A stretch of 39,068 bases of DNA, from IMG/VR virus record IMGVR_UViG_3300032216_001007, positions 1 to 39,068 of that record; one strand, 5' to 3'. The notes beneath the pieces are model-generated. The model was not told the origin of the DNA. It was given only the letters and a program-made list of their open reading frames with translations, and ran no database searches. This document shows, piece after piece, positions 17,101-25,600 of the stretch (position 1 is its first letter; every line of letters begins with the position of its first letter). Made by a program: the position numbers and the translations under genes. The DNA comes from a virus. Its lineage: Duplodnaviria; Caudoviricetes.

Positions 17101-17501
17101 TCACCTAGACAGAAGGTATCATGCATCCACAGTATGCGCATCTTGGCCTGTGCCACGATATTGTTGTAAGGGTCATAAGACTGTAGAGCAAAGGCCCTGC
17201 CATCCTGCAATTTAGGATAGTCTGCAACATCCACAAAAGGAATCACCGTGCGACTGCTAACAACTACGTCAAATTCTTGCCGTACTGCTAGATCCGCAAG
17301 TGGGCGATAATTGACATGGTCGTAAGTGCCCGGGCGTGCCTGATCAATGTTGCAGTTGTTGAATACGGTGACACTGAATCCAACGTTGGCCAATTCACGT
17401 GCCATAAAGGTAACAGCGCTCTCACTACCGCCTAGGCCTTGATTGAATACTGTGGTTCCATCATATGGTAATCCAATGATGTCGATAATGGCAATTTTCA
17501 T
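14139..17501 (-). CDS. Multidomain glycosyltransferase: one GT-B (GT4-like) and three GT-A (GT2-like) domains
   Basis: GT4: GLGGSE...ETFGISILES...TPVIT. GT2 a: STFYNCQDYIARCIESV...VDDASTD...LDGDD. GT2 b: SIVVPTM...IIVDN...NPAWN...LNDDV. GT-A c: ILIAIPT...RN...VDSDI...GFGCVLVK...SEDLDFC. Confidence 0.9.
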   Translation of the reverse strand: MKIAIIDIIGLPYDGTTVFNQGLGGSESAVTFMARELANVGFSVTVFNNCNIDQARPGTYDHVNYRPLADLAVRQEFDVVVSSRTVIPFVDVADYPKLQDGRAFALQSYDPYNNIVAQAKMRILWMHDTFCLGDNLIEELALSNRITNIFTLSDFHLSYVTNCNHGRRRNFEVLKRKMFATRNGANCYVPEVDIAAKDRNLFVYNASVTKGMIPLVNEIWPRVKAQIPEARLKVIGGYYRFSSQSEPDAQEQDWRRMVADPKYANWGIEFLGVIPQQQIGTILAQANFMIYPCAFPETFGISILESLLYNTPVITCRFGAAEEVALEGACYLIDYPVEPNNLFPDVDRAQQIEQFVAMTVRAYRDTYLHQQKQYYCNIVKPVAGWDSVAQQWKQLFFKQTGRYLTRAEYQQASKINRQVNLIWQRRYHNTVELEHYKSGSQQEIVVVSTFYNCQDYIARCIESVVTQDYDNYRHILVDDASTDNTVDILLAALDRLPDYIQDKFSIVYNQERLGAVCNQVTAIREITNPNAIVMILDGDDSLVNDNSIFNYYNSVYDGTTEFTYGSCWSMADSIPLISQPYPEQVRQTRTYRQHHFNWILPYTHLRTFSKYLIDDLDDSMFKNQGQWFRAGGDGSTFYALIEAADPNKVKCLQQIVYNYNDKNPLNDYKVNSQEQTATAQAIVNKRPVEKYSIVVPTMWRVRDQFVAFLAQLCQHPAVDEIIIVDNAHDRTPPELQHEKIHMFDFDGNIYVNPAWNFGVGIARNERVCILNDDVTFDLDLFERLQYLITPEAGVFGLCPGVAEFNQPAVTTGAIDIVPWTNQHTYGFGCLMFIHRQSWHDIPEGLDIYFGDNYLFDLQLSLDKTNYLITNLNFYTPFAATTSDTTITAGFLDRESAVYQQVRPVILPKAKELVTMPTNKKKKILIAIPTAKYIEAATFKSIYDLAVPDDCEVTFQYFFGYRVDQIRNLIADWVVKGFDYLFSVDSDISFAPDTLVRLLAHDQDMVSGLYIQRQPGQQILEIYNDNSQGGVSNITYADLHGRGLVEVAACGFGCVLVKAAVMRTVGYPQFEYHPAIDHANTVSEDLDFCNKARRRGFRVWADTGVICQHTGHYVFEVDTKV

Positions 17502-17505
17502 AGTG

Positions 17506-17511
17506 TATTTA
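17506..17511 (-). promoter_or_regulatory. Late promoter motif TAAATA, 4 nt before the glycosyltransferase ATG
   Basis: AGTGTATAAT-TAAATA-CACT-ATG; no SD; lies within a 7-bp inverted repeat. Confidence 0.6.
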
Positions 17512-17543
17512 ATTATACACTCATTGCCGAAAAAAATAAACCG

Positions 17544-19466
17544 TTAATAGACGTTTTGGGGGTTGTAGGGATTGGTGCCAGTCTGACCTTTGACAGCGAA
17601 TCCCACCCGCAAGCTGGCCAATCTTGGATCATTATCGTTGGTCACTGCTTGGATAGATTGGTAGTTTGTGGGTGCTGTATTGCTGGCCACGTAGTTCTTA
17701 TCCGAATTCACCAGCATGAATTCGGGTTGTGTGTTGACAGTGATAATCTGTTGTGGCGCTCGGTTGTTTGTCACTGAATTTACATTAGCACTGTTGGGTA
17801 CAAAGTAGCGTTGTGGCGATATGGTGCGTTGACTTGGTTCATACGCCACTGTTTGATTCAGCACAGTTGTCGGGGAGTAGTTGGCTGTGTTGTAGATGTT
17901 AGGTGTTGACACTAGATCATAATAAGGAAATGTTACCCCAACCGCGTATTGATCAATATACCCACTGATGTGATTAGAGTTGATATCCTGCGATAGATCT
18001 GCCAGCAGCACCTGTGAGCCGGCCCGTGTTGCTACTGAACCTGGTTGTAGGACAGCAGATGAAATTAGCGCACCACTGTCAGAATTAATTGCCCGGGGGA
18101 TAGTACCTTGAGTCACCGTGCTGGCATTCGAGTTCAGCATGATGCCACTGGTATTAGTGTAAGAATTGACAGGACTGGGATTAGGATAGGTATAACTGGC
18201 TGATGTAGAGTATAGTATAACAAACGCCCCACCTGCGCCCCACCCTCTAGTGTTATCAACTGATGCCACATTACCGCCCGAGCCGCCACCACCAAACAAT
18301 CCACCGTTACCATTAAAGCCAGGTAGGCCGCCTAAGCTGGAGGTGTTTAGTGTTAGATTACCACTACCACCGCTGCCATTAGCATTAGCTGCACCGCCTG
18401 TGCCACCGCGCCCCAAGCCCCAAATATCAACACCGCCTCCGCCGCCACTGGCTACAGTTGCGCTGGATCCGCCGCCTCCGCCACCTCCGTAGCCGCCAGT
18501 GTTGCCTGTTAGTAACGCACTACCACTGGCACCACCGCCGCCGCCAATAGAGTTGATCCATCCGTTGGCACCACCGCCGCCGCCGCCGTAAGGTCCACCT
18601 ACGCCGCCGCGGCCAATGTCTGTGTAAAAGTAAACTACGGTACTGCTGTTAATGGCATGATACACATATCCAGATACTATACTGACATTGGATAAATTGG
18701 TTAGATTTGCTGTGCCAGCATATCTGAACAGTACTATGCCCGAACCGCCGCGGCCACCATAATTGAGATTAGTTGGATCTGCGCCTGCGCCGCCTCCGCC
18801 CCCTCCTGTATTTGTACTCCCAGCTTTGGCACTAGTTGGCAAGCCATACTGTCCACCATCACCGCCGCCACCATCACCACCGGGACGAATTACACCTCCT
18901 GAGTTGCTGGCGCCACCACCGCCCCCGCCAGCATAGTTACCAGTGAATACTGTGCCTCCAGCAGTCCAAAGATTTCCTACACCGCCTGCTCCAGATACAC
19001 TAGTAACTCTTGGTGCGCCCGGGCCGCCTGCGCCACCACCCCCGCCTGCGCCCTGTTGTCCTGCTGTACCAGCACCACCAGCACCACCGGCGAATCCCTG
19101 CACAGGCGTAGTTACTATAGCAGCACCGCCTGTGGCGCTATTACCTGAACCACCACCGCCCGAACCACCAGTGCTGCCCGCGTCTAAACTGGTAACGTTG
19201 GTACCACCGTATCCGCCACCGTTGGCTGTATAACTGAAAGCAGTAGTATTGCCACCGGCTGTGGGTACTGCTAGGTTTGCAGAATAGGATCCAGTACCGC
19301 CTGCACCAACAGTAACTGTATACGCAGTAGCGGTATCAATCGTGATTGCGGAGAAGTAGCGGAATCCGCCTGCACCCCCACCACCACCCCCGGCGGCACC
19401 GGCTGTGCTGGAACCACCACCACCACCACCTGCTACTACTAAAAGATCTATTGTTAATGTTGGCAT
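17544..19466 (-). CDS. Glycine-rich virion fibre/appendage protein, type B copy 2
   Basis: Complete Gly-rich domain (IDLLVVAGGGGGG...GGSGIVLFRY), then a half Gly-rich domain and a C-terminus homologous to 22646..27175. Confidence 0.8.
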   Translation of the reverse strand: MPTLTIDLLVVAGGGGGGSSTAGAAGGGGGGAGGFRYFSAITIDTATAYTVTVGAGGTGSYSANLAVPTAGGNTTAFSYTANGGGYGGTNVTSLDAGSTGGSGGGGSGNSATGGAAIVTTPVQGFAGGAGGAGTAGQQGAGGGGGAGGPGAPRVTSVSGAGGVGNLWTAGGTVFTGNYAGGGGGGASNSGGVIRPGGDGGGGDGGQYGLPTSAKAGSTNTGGGGGGAGADPTNLNYGGRGGSGIVLFRYAGTANLTNLSNVSIVSGYVYHAINSSTVVYFYTDIGRGGVGGPYGGGGGGANGWINSIGGGGGASGSALLTGNTGGYGGGGGGGSSATVASGGGGGVDIWGLGRGGTGGAANANGSGGSGNLTLNTSSLGGLPGFNGNGGLFGGGGSGGNVASVDNTRGWGAGGAFVILYSTSASYTYPNPSPVNSYTNTSGIMLNSNASTVTQGTIPRAINSDSGALISSAVLQPGSVATRAGSQVLLADLSQDINSNHISGYIDQYAVGVTFPYYDLVSTPNIYNTANYSPTTVLNQTVAYEPSQRTISPQRYFVPNSANVNSVTNNRAPQQIITVNTQPEFMLVNSDKNYVASNTAPTNYQSIQAVTNDNDPRLASLRVGFAVKGQTGTNPYNPQNVY

Positions 19467-19470
19467 AAAA

Positions 19471-22400
19471 TTACAATGTTATAGATCCGCCACTGGTAAA
19501 AATGTAAACTCTGTAGGATCCGTCGATGACATATGCTGGAGAACCAGTTGTTGATGTTGCAGCCGGATAAGTGTTTAGATAGCGAACGATTACTACACCA
19601 TCGGCACCAGCACTTCCATGATTTGGATATGATCCACCGCCACCACCGGCACCAGAATTTACAAGCCCCACACGACCAACGCTGCCGCCGGCGTATGGTT
19701 GGCCACCGCCGCCAGTTCCTTGACTGCCAGAGCCACCGCCACCGCCACCAAGACCACCATTGCCACCAATACCTGCACTACCACCATTGGTATTTCCACC
19801 ACCACCACCACCTGCAAAATAAACAGTTCCGCCGCTGACTTGCCCTATAGAATATGTGGTAGCAACCGTTGTACTGATGATTGCAGTAGATGGACCATCA
19901 TTACCATTTTTCGTACCCGAAGCTGCACCGCCCGCGGCGCCACCACCAACACCTTGACCACTAGAACTACCAGTTGCTCCTGCACCGCCCAAAGCAGTGA
20001 CTGATGTTGCAGCGTTGGTTAAGGATGAGCTTCCACCAGTGGCACTTAAAGCGGCGGACGTTCCGCCTGCGGCGCCGCCTCCTATAGAAGTAGATAGTGT
20101 TGATCCACTGTTAGCCACAAAAGTGCCGGTTAGAACCTGGCCGCCAGTGCCACCATTACCATTTCCTCGACCACCGCCACCACCACCACCTACAACTAGA
20201 TATTCTACTGTAGGACCAGTTGATGTATCGTTAACTATAACTGGTGTTGATGTACCTATAACTGCACCTATTGTGCTGGCATTGCGTGCTTGTAACGTTG
20301 TATTTGTAATACCATCAAGAAGAAGATTGTTTATCACGCTTCTGACAACGATAGCAGAATTAGAATTCAGAGTTACTGTACCAGAAATAACAGCGTCGCT
20401 GAATCTACCGGCTGCTACATTTCCGGAGTCGGTCCAATATACTACGGTGCCTGTGGCAACGTTGGCTGTGGTCACAGTATATTGTACCGAAGTACCTTCG
20501 TTCATTGCAGCTACATTTGAGGCGATAGCAAATGTCTGTGGTGCTACTGCTATGGTTGGGCCTGTAGCTACTACTGTTCCCGATATTGATCCTGTTCGTA
20601 ACTGTATAATAATATTCCTACTAGATCCCGGAACAGATTGTATAGCTGTTAAAGTCCTAACTATATTAAACGCTCCGCCAGTGATAGTTATTGGGCCACT
20701 GTTTATACCATCAATGAATTCATCGGTGGTCGTAGAACCCCCATTGGTCCAATACAGCGTGGTTCCATCTGCCACACCTGTAGTTCTAACATAAAAAGTG
20801 ATACTAGTGCCATAGAGTACCACGTTGGCTGTGCTGGCAGTTACTGCGTAACTGGTTGTGACTATTTGAATAGTATATCTTTTAGTTATGGTTTGAGCCG
20901 GACCAGTCACTGCGGCACTGACAGTAAAAGGTGTGTACTCGGTGCTGCTGCTTAGATTTTGTTTGGTCCATGTAATAGCACCATTGGCAGTATTGAGTAC
21001 TGCACCTGTAGGCAAACTGCCCGATGAAATGCTGTAGGTTATGGTTCTTAGGCTAGGATCTGCCGCAGATATGCGGGCGATGATACCACTGGAGTCTAAG
21101 GTCTGGACGCTGATGTCGTCGGTCTGCCAGTACAAACTACTACCCCCGGCGCCGCCTCCAGCAACTACCACTGCCACGTTGCTAGAGGGTCGAGTCATAT
21201 AAGTGCTACCACCAGTCGTGCCAAATACCCCACCCGGGGCGCCGCCAGTGCCCACAACAACTGTGTAGGTTTCTCCCGGTGTAACTGTGTAACTGTTATA
21301 GTATGCCACGTTGCCACCATTGCCGCCCGTACCACCACCGGTTTTTTGTACACCACCACCACCGGCACCAACAGCACCCACTGTGATGCTGTATACTCCA
21401 GCTGGCACAGTCCACGTATAAGTGCCCGGAGTGGTGTAGGTCTGCGCCGAGTATGCCGATACGTTGGCAGTGATATCACCGTAGGGAATGTTTAAACCAC
21501 TGTTGAAATACTGTGTGGTATAGTATGCAGGTGTGCCCGGAACAGATGGTACCAGTGTAGAATACACTACACCAGTACTGGTAAATGAAAAGTTATTTAC
21601 ACTGGAATCTGTTAGGTAAGTGGCGCTAGAATTCACCGATAACAGCAATTGAGTATTGGCTATATTGGCTGCTGTAATTGATGGGGTGAACTGTGTGGTA
21701 TACAATCCAGTACCATTCACTATCCTAAAATTAGCAATATAGCCTGCAAGGTTATTAGCGCCACCCCCACCTACTGAGTTTTTGCCAATTGTGGGTCCAC
21801 TTGACAAATAGTTGTTAGAATCAGCATATGTCGATCCTATCTGTATGCCGTCAAGGAATATCCTGGTTGATCCACTATTCTTAGATAGTGCCACATGATG
21901 CCATACGCCAGCTGTTACAGCCGCGGTGCCAGCTATGACATTTGTTGTGCTTACCATGAGACTTAAAATATTCCCGCCTTGGAAATAGAAGTTGACTGCC
22001 ACTGCACTGCTGGCATTTCTGGCATCATATATGGTATAGTTGCCCCCGGTACCGGTCAAAAACAACCAGCACTCAATGGTAAACGGATTGGTGCCAAATG
22101 TCAGTGCAGCACTAGCACCCACAGTTACCACAAGATTTCCGGCGCCGTTAAATGCCAAGCTGCCGCCAGGCGAAATGGATACTGGCGTACTCAATTCCAA
22201 CACAGGATCAATAGAATTGACACTGGGTACGCTGTCATAAACTGGAAAGTTTTGGTTACCCAAGCTGGCGCCGCGATCCACAACTGGTGTGGCATTACCA
22301 ACTGTGTTAAAACCAAATGTTTGACCTCCTAAATTTACCAGAGCGTTTGCACCATATGTGCTTGGTAAATTGGCCGGCAAGTTTAAATAGTTGAATGTCT

Positions 22401-22629
22401 GATTGCCAAGTGAATACAGTGGATTATAGACCTGTACAGTGTTAGATAATATTGGTGTGGTATTGATTCGATTCAAGCCCACATTACTGCTGGTACGCAC
22501 TATGGTCTCAGCCGGAACGATGTCTCCAGTGGTATTAATGCCTGCAGGTGATGACGGGCTGTACTTGGTGACCACAGTAACGATTTGATTTACTACTAGG
22601 TCTACGGCAGTTATTTCACTAAATGACAT
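19471..22629 (-). CDS. Glycine-rich / LamG / Ig-like virion fibre protein, type A copy 2
   Basis: LamG (FTIECW...WHHVAL..RIFLDG...GYIANFRIVNG), Ig-like (TYSISSGSLPTG...GAIT), two further beta-sandwich repeats, C-terminal Gly-rich domain; N-terminus homologous to 27188..32551. Confidence 0.8.
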   Translation of the reverse strand: MSFSEITAVDLVVNQIVTVVTKYSPSSPAGINTTGDIVPAETIVRTSSNVGLNRINTTPILSNTVQVYNPLYSLGNQTFNYLNLPANLPSTYGANALVNLGGQTFGFNTVGNATPVVDRGASLGNQNFPVYDSVPSVNSIDPVLELSTPVSISPGGSLAFNGAGNLVVTVGASAALTFGTNPFTIECWLFLTGTGGNYTIYDARNASSAVAVNFYFQGGNILSLMVSTTNVIAGTAAVTAGVWHHVALSKNSGSTRIFLDGIQIGSTYADSNNYLSSGPTIGKNSVGGGGANNLAGYIANFRIVNGTGLYTTQFTPSITAANIANTQLLLSVNSSATYLTDSSVNNFSFTSTGVVYSTLVPSVPGTPAYYTTQYFNSGLNIPYGDITANVSAYSAQTYTTPGTYTWTVPAGVYSITVGAVGAGGGGVQKTGGGTGGNGGNVAYYNSYTVTPGETYTVVVGTGGAPGGVFGTTGGSTYMTRPSSNVAVVVAGGGAGGSSLYWQTDDISVQTLDSSGIIARISAADPSLRTITYSISSGSLPTGAVLNTANGAITWTKQNLSSSTEYTPFTVSAAVTGPAQTITKRYTIQIVTTSYAVTASTANVVLYGTSITFYVRTTGVADGTTLYWTNGGSTTTDEFIDGINSGPITITGGAFNIVRTLTAIQSVPGSSRNIIIQLRTGSISGTVVATGPTIAVAPQTFAIASNVAAMNEGTSVQYTVTTANVATGTVVYWTDSGNVAAGRFSDAVISGTVTLNSNSAIVVRSVINNLLLDGITNTTLQARNASTIGAVIGTSTPVIVNDTSTGPTVEYLVVGGGGGGGRGNGNGGTGGQVLTGTFVANSGSTLSTSIGGGAAGGTSAALSATGGSSSLTNAATSVTALGGAGATGSSSGQGVGGGAAGGAASGTKNGNDGPSTAIISTTVATTYSIGQVSGGTVYFAGGGGGGNTNGGSAGIGGNGGLGGGGGGSGSQGTGGGGQPYAGGSVGRVGLVNSGAGGGGGSYPNHGSAGADGVVIVRYLNTYPAATSTTGSPAYVIDGSYRVYIFTSGGSITL

Positions 22630-22634
22630 ACTTG

Positions 22635-22640
22635 TATTTA
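22635..22640 (-). promoter_or_regulatory. Late promoter motif TAAATA, 5 nt before ATG
   Basis: GGT-TAAATA-CAAGT-ATG; no SD. Confidence 0.6.
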
Positions 22641-22645
22641 ACCGG

Positions 22646-25600
22646 TTATAGATACTGATCTGGCTCAGTTGGATCTTGCTGTGTACCAGTTTTGGTAATA
22701 TAGGCTGCTTTCAGCGTCAATTTCCTTGGATCATTGGTAGTGGTCACTGGTTGAGCAGTCTGATAATTGAATGGTCGATTGTAGGTAGCCGGGAACGCAG
22801 GATCGCTGTTCTTCAACATCCACTCGGCTTGATAGTTGACCGTTACTGTGCTGTCGCTGGATATGATATTATTGGCTGCAAGTGCAAATGTTCTGTATAC
22901 TGAAACAGTATTATTGGTATACGGTGACTCGTATGCAACGGGTACTCCCGCACTGGTTTGACTATAGGCAAGACTACCTGTGACCAACTGATCAAAGTTT
23001 GAATCTGTTACTACGCCTGATATGTTTGCAGCGACTCCACTAGTGGTATTTGTAGACTGTAAATTACCAAGGTAAGCAATGTTAAGTGGGCTGATATATG
23101 GGTAGGTGTAGGTGCTAGATGTAGTTGAATATACCAGTGCAAATGCACCATTTGCTCCCCATCCTTGTGAGGTATCCAATGAACTAGTAACGCCGCCACC
23201 GCCACCGCCACCGTAGAGGCCTCCGTTGCTGCCAAAACCGGGCTGGGCTCCGTTGCCGGTTATGCCAAGTATGATTTCTGTACTGCCACCAGTACCAGGT
23301 TGACCTGCTGCACCACCGCTACCGCTGGTGCCACCTAGACCCCAGATGTCCACGCCACCGCCACCACCTGCAAATGTTGCACTGGAGCCACCACCGCCAC
23401 CACCACCACCTGTGCCATAGTTACCGGCTGCTAGACTAGCACCTGCTGCGCCATTGCCACCAAATCCCAAATAACCTGCTGCTCCACCACCACCGCCTGC
23501 ATAGGGACCACCGTTACCGCCTGCGCTGCCAACAGATATATTGGCAGCAATGGTGAATGTACCATTGCTGGTAAATGTGTGTATGGTATATCCGCCAATT
23601 GATGTTATGGTACCGCCTGTGGCCATTTGCGTGCCTAGATAGCGCATGATGACTATGCCCGAACCACCAGCACCTCCCGAACCACCGCCACCTCCGGTGT
23701 ATGCTGCACCATTGGCAGTGGTGTTGACCGTGCCAGTACTGCCCACGTATCCTGTCGTCTGCTGTGCTGCCCATATACTGTTATCACCTTGTCCACCACC
23801 GCCTAGACCTCCTGGGCTCAGTTTATTTCCGGCAGCATCCCAGTAACCAGAACTGCTGCCGCCACCTGCGTAATAGGTAGGTAGTCCACTGGTGCTGTAT
23901 TGTCGCCCTATACCGCCATCGGCAAGGCCACTGGTGGCGGAGGCACCTGCTGCACCAGCACCGCCACCGCCACCACCGTAAGGTTGTACACCTGCACTAG
24001 TACCACCTGTGTTACCAAATCCAGTGTTGGCATAGGCGACACCATTATAATAACTAGTAGCAGGCTGACTTGCCGCGGCGCCGGTTTGACTTGGATACCA
24101 ATTGGCACCGCCCGAACCACCTGTGGTGGCATTGTTGGTTGAGTCGTTGAATCCACCTGCTCCGCCACCATAGGCAACGATTCCGCGATTGAGATCAACA
24201 AACGGTGCAATATCGGTTTTGATTATGGGTGTGCCGGTAAAGATGGTGTAAGTGTAACCATATAAGTAATTGTTCGCACTGTTGTCTTTATAGGTACTGC
24301 TCTGTAATACCAACAAGCTGGTACTGCTGCTGGCATTGCCAGTAATGGCAGCAATGTTGCCTGACACAGTTTGAGTAGCTCGCAGTGGTGTAGTGGGTGG
24401 AGTAAATGCGCCAGTATATACAATTCCTCTAGTAAAACGGAAGTTGCTTAAATAGCCAAGAAAATATTCACTGTAACCTCTAGCGCCGCCAATGACTAGG
24501 GGTTCAGTGTTGGTGGTGATTGTGACTGCGCTTGTGTATACTTGCGTACCGTTTACATAGATAACGATATTGGTTCCGGTGTAAACCCATGCACAGTGGC
24601 TCCAGGTGTTGGCAGTTAATGTTGTTGTGCTTTCGTAATTGGTGCCATTAAAGAAACTGATAACACCAGTGGTCAATCGCAGGTAACCTTCAAATTCGGT
24701 GGTACCACTAGCGCTCACACGTTTGGCAAATATGGTCCTATAGACGCTGTAATCACCAGATGGGTAGACCCAACATTCAGCTGTCCAACTATTTGAACTT
24801 ATGGCTTGTATTAACAGGCTGGTTTGTGAGCCTGTGATAGCTGCTATGTTTGCACTGGAACTCTGAGTGGTTGCCAGTGGTGCAGTGGGTACTGTAAAGT
24901 TGCCGGTGTAGACAGCAACTCCTTTGACCAGTCGAATATTACTGAGGTATCCGTTGTATTGAAAATTAACTGTACCTACATCATCATATCCAATTCTTAG
25001 TCCCTGCGATGCCGAACTAGGAAGTGTAATAGCAGTTGGGCCTGCTACCGAAACTCCGTTAACATATATTCTTGCGCTGCCGGCATTGCACACCACTGCT
25101 ATATGATACCAAGTGCTCAATGCTATGGTGCCGGCCGGGGCTCCAATGAGAGTTCCCGGGGTACCAAATGGCCTATACCATCCAAAACTTCCGTTATTAT
25201 CATACCCTATGTCCCATCCAGCAGCATCACCATTGGTGCCTGCCATGAATATGCGGCATTGATTTCCCGATGTAGGTGTGGCAAGTGAGTACATCCACCA
25301 TTCCAAAGTCCACGTACTGCCAGTGGTAGCAGCAGACAGATCAAATGCGCTAGATGCTGGGAGAGTTAATTTTTGACTACTACCACTGAAGCTAATACTG
25401 TTCACCGCACTCAGTGGTGTTATTGCCGGCGCGGCTGCAATAGCAGTGGGCGGACCTGTTGATGTGATTATAAATCCATTGGCACTGACATCAATAGCTG
25501 GATACTGTGTGGTCAGTGCTGTTGAGTTGGTGTACTGCAACAGGGTTGCACCATTGAAGTAAACACTGGCATAGCCATCTGTTACAGGTGTTGACTGCGT

